A stretch of DNA of 64,000 bases from NCBI RefSeq assembly GCF_018977255.1, contig NW_024704743.1, forward strand, positions 90,336,001 through 90,400,000. The letters run 5' to 3'. Origin of the DNA: Callorhinchus milii. Lineage: Eukaryota. A model generated the notes under the pieces. It searched no databases and was not told where the DNA came from. It saw only the letters and a list, made by a program, of their open reading frames with translations. Positions 36,130 to 48,703 of the stretch are shown here, one piece after another; position 1 is the stretch's first letter, and every line of letters starts with the position of its first letter. Both the position numbers and the translations under genes were made by a program.

Positions 36130-37110
36130 GAGAATGTCTCAAAGCACTTCACAAAGACTCAATGCGAGCCTGAGCTGGGAGGGCGATAGGAGGGGTAGGG
36201 GGTTGGTGGCTGAAGGAGGAGTCAGAGATATGTCTTTTGACAGGTTTTGAAAGCTGTCAAAAAGGGGGCGAGGGGGAGGGACAAGCAGAGGGGTTTCAGA
36301 AGGCAGGTCCAGCGAGCAGAGTGACTGAAAGTTCACCTGCTAATGCAGAGTGGGGGGTTGAGTGGACTGGAATTGATGTTAGCAGATGGAGTGGCTGGAG
36401 AAGTAGGTTTGCAAGAGAGAATGTGTGTTACAGAGTTCTAATGATGGAGAGCTTGTAGAGGATGGACCTGAGGAAACAGGGCATTGAAAAAATTTAGTCT
36501 GTACGTGGCAAATGATGAGGGTTTCAGCTCTGGGGTAGTGAAATAGTGGTGGAGGCGGATGCTGCCGTGAAGATAAAGAAAAGCTGAGTTGGTCAGCGCT
36601 GGGATGAAATGTTTGAAGGAAAGGATCAAACAAAATACCAAGCTTCTGTGTAGGCTCTTTGAGTTGGAGTCAGCAACTAGGGAAGTCAATATGTTCTAGT
36701 GGCTGAGGTGAGGAAGATCTGATAGGTTAATGCTCATCCAGGACTTGATGTTTGACAGGCAATCTATCAGAACAGTGAGAGTGGAGGTGAAAATATTGAG
36801 TTAGGTATCATCTACATACATATGGAAGTACAGTAGACCATTGTCTGCAGATGTTCTATTTGCCTGCAAGTTATGTCACCAAGGGAAAGCCTGTAGGTGA
36901 AGGAAAGGAGAGAAACAAGGATAGAATCCCAGGAATACCGCAAGTGACTGTGGGACAGAGGAGAAGCTATTAGTGTAGACACAGTGTTGATGCTGGAATA
37001 GGTAGGAGTGAAATCAGAAAAGCATAGAGCTACAGAAATGTACCAGGGAGAAGATGGTGGAAGAAAAGGAATGTTCATTTGTGGCAAAAGCAGTGAGAAA
37101 ATCAAGGAAG
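36130..37110 (-). mobile_element. Old L2 fragment(s)
   Basis: Degenerate purine-rich L2-like sequence, e.g. CATCCAGGACTTGATGTTTGACAGGCA. Confidence 0.55.
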
Positions 37111-37879
37111 ACATGATTCAGGGATTCAGTCTATTTGCTTTCAAAAATTGTTAAAAGTTTAACAATTTGTTTTTGCTCAGCCTGGTGCCTGACGCATGCA
37201 GAAACCTACAATTTCATGAATTACAATACATTAAGCACATCACTGAGCTCTGGAGAGAATTCCTTGACAGCCAAAACTTCTCAACATATGAAACAATGTG
37301 TTACTTGACACCCAGTGCACTCTTCACTCTCACCACGACACTTCAATGTTTGCCAGCAGTGCCACCACAAAGTCAGTGCAAATTTCAAAACAATGGTTCA
37401 ACTCAAGCCCATGTTGTGATACACACTCATTCCACCACTAATACTGTGTTGTTTCATGGCATTTCTGTGCATCGGACTAGATCATCATGAAGCTCACCTT
37501 CATATAAATTGCTCAAAAAAACTATAAGAATGTCATCATTGGAAGTGTCAGTTGATTCATCCAAATAAATTCCAAAATAAATGTATTTTTCTCTATTACA
37601 TGGGATTCAATATCTTCTGTAATATGAATGATTCTGCATGAAAGAAAAATCATTTGATAATGAATGCAATTCATTTTTTGGCAGTTGTACCTCGGAAGAA
37701 TTCTGACATCTGGTACTGATGACATTATCATTTCTTTGCCAATTTTGAATGGTGATTTGCACTTGGGTTATGTAAACAGAAAGCAAATGTGATACCTTCA
37801 AAGCAGCTTCACTGGTTGTTGTGGAGGCATGCATTAGTCTCTGTAATAATAATAATAGTCCTTACATTTGGTATTGCAC

Positions 37880-38300
37880 TGGATAGGTTAGGCCCCTTTT
37901 TGCTAGAGAAGAGACATTTAAAGCGGTACTTAATAGCAGTGTTTAAAATTATGACAGGGTTTGATAAGGTAACATAACTAGGCTGTTTCCACTGGTGGGG
38001 AGTTGGTAACTAGGGGACGCAAATATAAGATAGTGATTCGGGGGAATCTAAAAGAGAATTTAGGAGGAACTACTTCACACAAAGTGCATGAAATTGTGGA
38101 ACTCACTGCCTGAAATGGTAATTGAATCAAATAGTGTAGATACATTCAGGAGGAAGTTAGGCCTTCACATGAGGTAGATTGGAATAGAAAATAAGTATAA
38201 GGCAGTAAAGAATGTGTGAAGATTTGTGTGGAGTATAAACACTGGCATGGATTGGTTGGGCTGAGTGGCCTGTTTCCATGTTGTACATACATCTTTGTAA
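37880..38300 (+). mobile_element. Old CR1 3' fragment
   Basis: LEKR.L...LIAVFKIM.GFD; TGGAACTCACTGCCTG; GGGCTGAGTGGCCTGTTTCC. Confidence 0.75.
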
Positions 38301-38818
38301 TCTGTATTGGAACAATATTAGTAGCATATCAACATAGGTAAAGACTTAGTAAAATAAATACTCCAAGAGCACAATTTGTTTTTTGCAAATGTGAAATATT
38401 ACAAAATAAAATTAAAAGCAATGATAAAACTGAAATAAAATGAAAAAATCATTTTAAAAAAATGAACGCAAGAATAAAGTTACAAATATAGTGTATTTTA
38501 GCAAAACATTTTAAAAAGTAAATGAATACTTGCAGTGGTTGTTGTCTCGGCTCTGTTGTTACCATTGACGCAATCTGGAGCGAAGCTGAAGTATGTGAAG
38601 GCGGATTTGTACCTAACACCGCAATCTATTGCTCACACCAATGCAGGTGCAAGCCTACCTTGAAAGTATAGAAATCCACAATTTTGCTGCCAAAGCTTAA
38701 AATGTCTAAACCAGCCTTTACCATTATACATTGTAAATGTAACAAACAGAAATAAAATGACATTTTTAATGGATAAAACAAAATAACAAGGAATTCCTGA
38801 AAAATAAAACAAACAAAT

Positions 38819-39061
38819 TTGTCGTGTACATGGGCTTTCTTGTCCCCCACTATCTGGACCCCACATCTCTATACTCTGATCTGCTGATGTACAGTATGAC
38901 CCTTTGCTATTTGGAATCATAGTGTATAGTGTCTGCAAGCTGCCAAGTCTTGTAAAGTGGAAATTATAAATTACACCTGCAAATTATAGACCAATAATTA
39001 CTAGTTTTATTTACAGCCAATTACAATAAACCCCATATGTGCTGAAATAGATATTAATACA
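38819..39061 (+). repeat. 243-bp inverted duplication, left copy
   Basis: Reverse complement of 46864-47106, roughly 95% identical by manual comparison. Confidence 0.93.
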
Positions 39062-39119
39062 CACACCAACTGTGGAGTCTTACATTCTTTCTTACATAAT
39101 TATTGTTATATAATTATCA

Positions 39120-39455
39120 TGGAGCCCTGTAGCTCAGTGGTTAGAACACGCGCCTCACAAGTGACAGATCTAGGTTCAATTCACAGCAGGGCAAAATGTT
39201 GGGCACATTTCCTTACTCCACACGCCTCTGTTTACCGAGCAGTAAGTTGGAAACCTGTTGTTAGTCGATTGGCAGATCATTTATCTGGGGGTAATAATTC
39301 CTTCAAAAAAAAATCGGTACACCTCAATCCACGACTGTTTGTGTGACACTGCTGTGCGCAGTTGGCTGTCGCATTTCACCCACAAAACATAGTCAATCCA
39401 CTTTACAGCATATTTTATGAAGCGCTTTGAGATGTCTTGAAGACATGATAAGGGG
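39120..39455 (+). mobile_element. tRNA-SINE (long subfamily)
   Basis: TGGAGCCCTGTAGCTCAGTGGTTAG head, B box and body. Confidence 0.85.
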
Positions 39456-41259
39456 CTCTGTGCTGCGACGGGGGACATGGAATCATGGAAATATTGGAAT
39501 GAATAAATATTCTGCAGTTTTTATTTCCCTTATCCTTGGGGTTTTGTTTTGGATAACAGGATAGATGTCACGACTTTTTGGTCTCCCTGTATTATCACAA
39601 ACTTGAAAGGTAAGTTTTAATTTTATGAAATGGTCCACTAGACTTAATAACTTGGTGCACACTCTATCCATTCCCTGGCCCCTCACCTTGCTTAAACCTC
39701 CCTAACCTTCAAAATGTACATCTTTGACGACGCATTCCATAATCTTTCTCTTCCTCACACCTCCTATAGGAGCTATAGTAAATTGTATTGTAAAATACTA
39801 AACATAATAGTTCATCATATGAAGTGCTCCCACTTCTAGTAAATGTTCCTGAACATTTGAATCCAGTGATTCTGTGGTTGGTGACTCTCATGTTTATTTT
39901 AATGAGAGAAAATGGATCTAAAGAGATAATGAGGTAAACAAAACTGAGAAGGTGAACAGGAATGAGGGGATTTGATTTAATATTTTTATTCACAAAATTA
40001 TATTGTAACTTCTTATTTTTGTGAGTTAGGATTAATATTACGAGAAACCTACTCCTTAACATCTGAATACTTGTTAACCAATAACCTTCGTAAGCAGATT
40101 CACAAAGACTTATCTTCATTTTATTGTCAATCTACATTATCTCCTGTGATGTTCAAGCAATACAAATACTAAAATAACAAAGTAACTTATCTACAGCAAC
40201 AAAGTTATTAATCATCACGGTTGCTTAATACTTTTTTAAAAAAATAGTTAGGTTAAAGAGTTTGCTACGTCCAAGGAAATGTCAGCAATCTCAACTAAAT
40301 ATATGAAATGTTTGTGTCTAAAAATTAGTTTAAGTATTATGGCATACATAGGCCTACTTGAAATGTACACATTTAGCAGACATAACAAAATACAGAAAAT
40401 GAAACCTCGGCTTATTTTGTTCCTAAAAATTGGCTTAATTGTTATTTTAGTAATTGTGCATTACATTACGGTTTAATTCAGTGTAGAGAATGTGGACTGG
40501 CAGCAATTACACTAAAAGTCTCATTATTGGCAAATGAAACACACTGCCATAAGCACTAAGTGTGCAAACCGCATTCCAACATACGGGCTGCATCCTCCTC
40601 TCATATGTTGTTTATGCTCCAGCAAATTAATGAACTATAACAGGTCAGAATTGAAGCAAGATATCTAAAGGCCGTAAAATTACTCAATCTGATGCAAAGG
40701 CATGCTGAATAACTAATTTTAAATAGGGTGTAAACATTTTGTGGGGAGTGAGGGTGTATTTTCCCCCAATTACAAACAATTAACACTTGATCAGTGAGGA
40801 GGGATTAAAATTGGTACAGAACATTTTTGTGTTTAAAAATGGATAAATAGTAATGGAATCGAGTAAAAGGCCACAGCAAAATCCTCTGGTTTCCATGTGC
40901 ATCTGCTGCCTTTGCTACCTTTCTTTGAGTCACATAACGCAAATCATTTTGTATGTGGACAAATGTCTTGATGTCATCAGAATATTTAAACAATGAAGTC
41001 AAGACATCCATATATGTACAGACCATAATTTGCCACAATTGATCTCCAGCACAGGCTCCTTTTTGTCTCAGCTTTTGGAACTCTGGAAATGCAAGGTAAA
41101 AGTAGCAATAGACACCTAATCGATGCTGAAATTCAATTCAGTTAGAAAATCTAAAATCTTCTGCCATCTCTGAGGGCTACTAACCCTAGGGGTATTTAAC
41201 GTCCCAGGTAGGTATAAAGTCTATGAATCTTGTGCAGAGTGCAGTTTTGACCATGTGGT

Positions 41260-41695
41260 GCCAGCCTGGCTCAATTGCTATCCTTCTTGTCTCTGAATCA
41301 GAAGATTACAGGTTCAGGCCACACAGCAGGACCTGGAAGTCACTCCAATACAGTGCTGGAGGTGACCTGCATTGTTGGAGATCTTGAGATCTTGTGGGTG
41401 CTGTCCTTGGAGGAGTTGTTAAACTGAGGCCGGATGTGCCTATTTAAGTGGATGTTAAAGACCCATTGTGCTATTGAAAAACTAACAGCAGTTTTTCCTG
41501 GCATTCTGACCCCAAGTTCCCCTAATAAAACTGATAAATTATCTCCTGGCTTTGTGGAACATCACTGTGTCAAATTGACTCCCATATTTGCCTACAAAAT
41601 ACAATTACCACAAGTTTTACAGTAAATCCTGTAAAACGCTTTGTGACGTCATCCTGATGTGAAAAGCATTATATTAACTGTAAGGATTATTATTT
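41260..41695 (+). mobile_element. Old DeuSINE
   Basis: Degenerate head, GTTAAACTGAGGCC..GTGGATGTTAAAGACCCAT core and tail. Confidence 0.6.
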
Positions 41696-43329
41696 TTGCT
41701 TTTATGTGTACAGAGAACTTTGTACTGCACTAACTTTGCGCTCCGGGACACTACCCATGTGAAGGACGCTATATAAATACTGGTTGTTTGTAATGTCAGC
41801 TTGCCACAGCAGGTAACACTCGGGTAGGTCTCTGTTTCAGAAGGTTGTGAGTTCAAACCTCAACGTCATGACCTGAGCTTCATATCAGTCTGACTATGGG
41901 CTGTTATTCCAGTTTAGTGCTAGAAAGCACTGCGAGTTTGGATGCGCCATCCTGTGGATGGGACAAAAGAAACAAAGTTCTGTTTACCTATTGAAGGGGA
42001 TACTGAAGATCCCATGATATTGCATATTCAAAAAGAGAATGGAGTTTCTCTGTGCGTCCTGGCCAACCCCAGGTGTCCTGGTATTTTGCTCGGTATAATA
42101 AAGGATCAATTGAGGGTGAGATGATACAAAATCAAAGCCAATCAAAAGCTGCTCCGAAGGACAATTACCCAGCCTGGCTTGCAGTTTGTGTTTGTTATAT
42201 CAGGAGTGGCACTGCTTCAAAGATTGCTGTGTTGGGGTAAGAACAATAATAAAAAAACAGGTCTTAATATCGAGTTTGTTCTAACTGGAACGATCGTAAT
42301 AACCAGGGATCGTTCTACCAAGGTCTGTCTGCAGCACCTTTCATGCAGGGAGGATGTCTCAAAGCGCTTCACAGGATATACACAAAGTGCAATACTGTGT
42401 AACTTGTATCCAAACCTGTAGACAGATGATCTGTCATTACTTCAGTTTAAAGTATAAATAGGATTTTATCTTTCAGCATAGATGTCATTTCTTCATCAAG
42501 AATTATTGCTGACCATTCAAAATAAACATTGTGACATTACTACTATGCTTAATACATCAGCCAAAGTTCTTCAATTGATGTTAGATACAATCTAAGAGTC
42601 AGCAACATCTGTTTCAGTTTGTCTTGGCAATATTTCAGATTGCAATCAGTTTTTTTTTGTTTCTTCATGTACTGCTGGTAAACAGAAACTGCACTAATTT
42701 ACTAAATTGTGCTGTCTATTAATCAAGTTAAACAGTGATCAATTGTACAGTTGGGTTCCTCTCCCGCCTTAAATCTGAAATGTTTGTATGTTTTGTTTAA
42801 AATTTATTAAAACTACAAATCACTGGATGGGCCTTTTCTTTAAAACCAGCTGAATCTGAATATTACAGAATCTTCTTGCACTCAGTTTCATTAGTTTAAA
42901 TCATAACATCGATACATTTATTCTACTAATAAATAACTCCAGTAGTTTTGATCAATTATGGGTTGCTTGTGAGACATGCAGATCTGCAGTATTTTGAGAT
43001 TTCTTCTGATCAAGCTGGCTCAGTTGGTCACTCTCGCCTCAATTCAGAAGTTATAGATTCCTAATGTCAGGACTTTGAACTCACATTGTCCAGGGCAGGA
43101 TGGTCCAACCGTTAGGCTGCCGCGGGCCGGATTTCCTATTTGAGAAAGGTCCGCAAACCACATCCAGCTGGTGATTTTATCTTTCCCTCCCTCCCTGGTG
43201 AACGACCTCCCAGGACAGTGGCAGGAGCCGGCTGTGGGACAGTGGAGTGGAGTGGAAATAATAATGGCTGTTATTGCAGTCTATCAGGAAGGAAAACACG
43301 TCTCGTACCAACCGCATACTTAGCAACTT

Positions 43330-43681
43330 AGTCCTGCCTTGTACCACCCTGCCTGCTCCGTCCGTTCAGCGGCCTGCACCATGTCTCCCATCCGACCCAT
43401 CCTACCATCGGTGGCTGGTCTTTCAGCCTCTCTGCCCCCAAACTCTGGAACTCCATCCCACGGTCCCTTTGCCTCACTTCCTCCCTTGCCTCCTTCAAGG
43501 CCGGTCTCAAGACCCTTCTCTTCGATCGTGCCTTTGGTCACCCTCCCACCTCTCTGCCTTCCCTCACCCCTATACCACACCTCCCCCATGCTCGGGCCCC
43601 GACACCTGACTGTTCAGCGCTTTGGGACATCCTCCTGACATGAAAAGCGCTCTATAAATGTAATTTTGTTGCTGTTGTTGT
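43330..43681 (+). mobile_element. L2 3' fragment
   Basis: CTCTGGAACTCCATCCC..TCCTTCAAGGCCGGTCTCAAGACC; (TTG)n tail. Confidence 0.82.
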
Positions 43682-43814
43682 AGATAGTGACCCGTGTGGC
43701 TGATTGGGAGATAGAGGGGTTGGGAGATGGGGAAGAGGGGGAGGCGGGACAGAGAGGGGGAAGGGGGACACTCTCCTTCTCTCCCCCTCTCTCTCACTCT
43801 TGCATACACCCTCC

Positions 43815-44432
43815 TTTGCATTTATATAGCGCCATTCACACGGCGTAGCGTGCCGGAGTACTTCACAGTGGCGGAGTCTGACAACGAGCCAATGGGGAGA
43901 GGGAGGGGGGAGGTTACAATAAGCACAATCAAAAGGAAAGGTCTTTTGGTGGGATTTGAAGGTGGGAGGGAGGGGCAAGGCAGAGGGATCAAGGGAGAGT
44001 TCCAGAGTTTCGGGGCATAGTGGCTGAAGGTACGGCCACCGATGGTGGAGCAGAGAACATGAGGGACAATTAGGAGGCTGGATCCAGCCAAGGGGAGGCA
44101 ACATGTGGTGGAGTGAGGGGTAAGCAGGTCAGATAGTTAGGGAGGTGCGAGGGAATGAAGTGATTTGAAAACAAGTGATAGGATCTTGAAGTCGATCTGT
44201 TTGTTGATTGGGAGCCAATGGAGCCTGGCAAGGCCTGTTGTGATGGGGGTATGGAGTTTCATGCGGGTGAGTATCTGGGCGGTGGAGTTTTGAATGAATT
44301 GGATATTGTATATGGTGGAGCTGGGGAGACCAGCGAGGAGGGCATTGGAATAGTCCAACCGGGAAGTAACGAAAGCATGGACGAGGGTTTCGGCTGCATG
44401 GGTTTAGAGGCGGGCAATGTGGCGGAGGTGGA
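43815..44432 (-). mobile_element. L2 3' fragment
   Basis: DYSNALLAGLP..IQNS.A..LHWLPI..IDFKILSLVFKSLH.LAP; GGRTF..APKLWNS. Confidence 0.85.
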
Positions 44433-45134
44433 AAAATCCTCAATTACTCTCTCATTCCACTTCTCAAACTCTCTCTTCCCTCTCACACTCCACCTCCACC
44501 CTCTCAACCACTCTCTCCCCTCTCTCCTACACAGACTCTTTTTATGCCCTCTCACACTCTCAATCACCCTCTTTCAATCCCCCTCCCTCGCTGTCCCCCC
44601 ACCCACCCCCACCAACTCTCTATCCCTCTCTCCCCCTGTCCTTCTCTCTCCCTCTCAATCCCTCTCCCCCATTCAGCCACGTGTGTCACTATCTGGACCA
44701 CGTTGGATATGGCCCGCGGACCTTTCCCAAATAGGGAATTTTGTCCATGGAAGCCAAAAGATTGGACCGCCCTGCTGAACATAAAATACGCAAGAATGGG
44801 GACGAGCTCCCTCGGGTAACTGCTCCCTGTAGATAAAAGTCAGCAGAACCCAGGAGGGGATACCTGTGGAGTGGGTTGAGGCCTTGTCAATATGTATATT
44901 GTATTGTTTGTTGTGTTCAATGGGAAATTTCCAGGTGCGTGTAAATGTTTTTTTATTTATACTGTACCCTCAGTAAATATATATCTATATGTAAATTATA
45001 ATGGGGAAAGTTCATACTTGTCCTACTGACGTAATGGCAGATTCACAAGCAGTTTGGAGTCTCACACATACTGCCACTATTGAACATTTAATCACCATGT
45101 GGACACACTCACAGATGCCCTCAAGTAATATAAT

Positions 45135-45820
45135 ACAAAATTACATTTGTATAGCGCCTTTCACGTTGGGAGGACGTCCCAAGGTGTTGGAAAGTCATGG
45201 ATTTGGACCTGAGCAGGTACGAGGGGTTGGAATCACAGAGGGTGGAGGGCAGGGAAGATGGCTGAAGCGTGGACGAAAAGGAGGGTCTTGAGAAGTGCCT
45301 TGAAGGAGGCAAGGGAGGGAGAGAGGCGAAGGGAACGTGGGATGGAGTTCCAAAGGTTGGGGGCAGAGAGGCTGAAAGTGGCAGAAGAGGTGATGTTGCA
45401 GAGGTGGGGGAAGGCAGAGCGGGTCATGGCACGGTTGTGGGGTAGAAAAGACAGTTGAGGGTCAAATGAGAACACCAAGGCTCCGGACTGGCTTAGTGAG
45501 GTGGAGTGTGTATCCTTGGATGGATGATGCTGTCAGCGCCTGAGGTAAGGAGGCGCTGATGGGAGCCAATCAGGAGGGCCTCGGTCTTGTTGACATTCAA
45601 CTGTAGAAAGTTAGCTCTCATCCACGCCAGTGATCCTGGAGTCAAGGGTGGAGGCAGAGAGATAGTTGGGTGTCCTCCGCATACATGTGGAAGTTCAGCC
45701 CATGTTTACGGATGATGTCACCCAGAGGGAGCATGTTCAGGTTGAAGAGGACCGAGGACAGAGCCGAGGAACGCCGCACGAGTCTGTGCGGGGGCTGGAG
45801 GAGAAGCCGTTTGTGGAGAC
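45135..45820 (-). mobile_element. L2 fragment, internally deleted
   Basis: 3' tail, APNLWNSIP..FKALLKTLLF and upstream RT-end sequence. Confidence 0.8.
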
Positions 45821-46526
45821 AAAGTGAAGACCTTCCTCTTTAACTGTATCTACAGTCATCTTCTCCCTCTTGTTGATTCAGTCAAACTCCCCCACTGTTA
45901 AGCCCTCTGAAATACTACTCCACCTGAATGGTGCTGCATAAATGCAAATTGCTGTTGTTTGCACAAGTAATGTCTAATATTCACACAGTTGCTATGTCCC
46001 ATTGGCACTGTATTCAACAATTCACATCTATATTTTCAAGATTTGAAATATTAATATTTTACATCAATCTTAATTAGAAGGCAAAGTTAAATGAAAGTTT
46101 AATGAGTTGTAAAATATAGTAAACATTTACACTTTGATAGGTGCTTGGTTTATTCCAACATCTTATCTTTCCCTTAAAGAATCTTATGATTATTCCACAA
46201 CTGATCATGACCAAACTGGTTTATTAGATATATTTGTGTGAATCAGATAAAACTGCTTAAAAAGGGAAGGAAACATATTTTTTAAAAACAATCATAATTT
46301 TTTTGAGGGGCGGTGTGGGTAGATGTCTGATACTTTATGCATTTATGTAGCACTATTCAGGTGGGGTAGCATTTCAGAGTGCTCAACGGTGGGAAAGCTT
46401 GATGCTGAGTCAACAAGAGGGGGAGGTGACTGTAGATACCGTTCAAGGGGAAGGTCTTCAGGTGCGATCAAAAGATGGGCAAGGAAGAGGCAAGGCAGAG
46501 GGATTGAGGTAAATTGAGGCTTGCAT

Positions 46527-46857
46527 TATAATAATAATCTCACATCTTCAAGACATCTCAAAGCACTTGACAGAACATACTGTAGTGAATTGACTGTATA
46601 TGTTGTGGGGGAAACGCAGCAAATTGAGCACAGCAGTGTCCCAAAAACAATCGTGGATTGAGTGACCACATTTTTTTTTGAAGGGATTATTACCACTGGA
46701 AAAGCAATCTGCCAATCGACTAACATCCAGGTTCCTACTTACTGCTAGGTAAACAGAGGTGTGTGGAGTAAGGAAACGTACCCATGTTTGCACCTGCCCA
46801 GGAATCAAACCCAGGTCCCTTTGCTTGTGAGGCGAGGCTTTAATAACTAAACTCCAC
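46527..46857 (-). mobile_element. tRNA-SINE (long subfamily)
   Basis: Body matches the other copies; head degenerate. Confidence 0.82.
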
Positions 46858-46863
46858 AATCGC

Positions 46864-47106
46864 TGTATTAATATCTATCTCAGCACGTATGGGTTTTATT
46901 GTAATTGGTTATAAATAAAAATAGTAATTATTGGTCTATAATTTGCAGGTGCATGTTGTAATTTCCACTTTACAAGACTTGGCAGCTTGCAGACACTATA
47001 CACTATGATTCCAAATAGCAAAGGGTCATACTGTACGTCAGCAAATCAGAGTATAGAGATGTGGGGTCCAGATAGTGGGGGACAAGAAAGCCCATGTACA
47101 CGACAA
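46864..47106 (-). repeat. 243-bp inverted duplication, right copy
   Basis: Reverse complement of 38819-39061. Confidence 0.93.
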
Positions 47107-48331
47107 GATAAAAGACTGTTAGAAAAGAAGGGTGCTATCGGCAACCCAAAAACACTAAAATAGCAATGAATTGTCTTATGCGACTTGGTGGAGAATCGCT
47201 TCCATATGGGAAAGACAACTTCAGGAGCTGGCCTGCTGAATTGGACAATGCAGTAAAACCTTTAAATTGAAACTGAGCACCACTTCATAAAAATGCATGC
47301 GATTTAATCAGTAAGTTTGATTAGTTAGATAAATCTGTCTTTATTAATTTTAAAAAAGATTATAATGTAAAATGATAGTACCTATAATAGCTGAAATTTG
47401 AAATACATTTTAAAAATTCATGCATTTCAAAATACGTTTGAATCATACATGTGAAAGGTAATGAATACACAGAATTGTTAAGGATTATGCTTGCCAATAC
47501 CAGCGCTCACAAAACAAATGAAGCAAAGTAGCCTCCTTCCTAATGCTCCTCCAGCAGGCCCCAATGGCCATAACCCTATCATATTAAATTTATTTAGATT
47601 GCAATATTAATAAAGCTTCTGTTTTCCATTTTTTAGATGTAAGTGAAATCAACAGTTTAAATTTACTTATGTTAATCGTCCGATTTTTCACATTTAAAAA
47701 GTAGAATAGTTGCCGCAAATAAATTATCAATTGTACATTTTTACTCAATATTAAGCAATTTTGCACAAAAAACAAATATATTATGAATCACTTTAATATT
47801 CTATTCATATAGTACTATTGTGATTTTAGATGCTTGATTTGGTTCGCAAAATTTAAACTATGTTAAAAAGACAATTATCGAGCTGATATGGCCAGGTTCT
47901 GCTAAATGTGCATTATCCATACAGGTAAAGGGAAAGCAGTAGATGTTATGTCTATGGATTTCTGTAAGGCATTTGACAGCATACAACATAAGAAGTGAAG
48001 TAAATGTAGAGGGTAGATTTGTTTTAAAGGGAATTGATGTTCATAATAGGAACTAAACTCTAGATTGCTAAGGTATCTTCATACATACTGAAATAATGAT
48101 TTGCAATATTCTGCAACAATAGATAGCTCTAGGCTGTGAATAACATTTCAAAGAATAATCATGAGTCACATTGTGTGATGGATAGTGTATTGGCCCTTAG
48201 CTGACATTTCATTTCTTTTTGGAGAAATCAGGTCAGGAAATATTGTATTCCAAGCATTTGAGAGTGAACACCCTGCCATGAAATATTAGAATGAAAACAC
48301 ACCTCATTAAAATTAGTCTTAGTCCAAATGA

Positions 48332-48337
48332 TTTATT
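48332..48337 (-). terminator. Candidate DCAF13 polyadenylation signal AATAAA
   Basis: First AATAAA I found on the minus strand after the stop, ~280 nt downstream. No transcript evidence. Confidence 0.4.
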
Positions 48338-48615
48338 TGCATAATTCCACCCTTTGCACTCTTTCAGGTCATACTCAATTTATGATGAATTACTTTCAGA
48401 AAAGTTAACATAACTCTCAAAAAAATACAATAATGAACAAATTTAAACTTGGAAGTTATTTTTAAAGTTTTCTTTAAAACTAGCTTGGTAAAGTTGGTTT
48501 AAATCGGAAGATGACCTTTACATTTTCTTTTTTCGGCAGATGATATCATTTTTTAAAAAAAAAGTTCTCAAGAGGTTCCCAATAACTAAGATAACTGTGT
48601 TCTGAAATACAGCCA

Positions 48616-48703
48616 CTATTTTACCACTGCCACAATGTGCTGCTTCTTTTCTGGGACAATTTTTACAGATCCAGGCTTGCTATGCTTGCGACGATTCATT
48701 TCC
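48616..48703 (-). CDS. DCAF13: DCAF13 terminal coding exon
   Basis: tttcttactttcag|G GAA ATG..., translating (K)EMNRRKHSKPGSVKIVPEKKQHIVAVVK followed by TAG. 88 nt; matches the known DCAF13 C-terminus. Confidence 0.96.

Larger units (their letters stand above)
43096..44774. mobile_element. Non-autonomous hAT(Charlie)-like foldback element with nested L2 insertions
   Basis: Left end CAGGATGGTCCAACC; right end reverse complement CAGGGCGGTCCAATCTTTTGGCTTCC. Subterminal inverted similarity (TTCCTATTTG.GAAAGGTCCGC; AGATAGTGAC...GTGGCTGA). No clean TSD. Confidence 0.7.
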
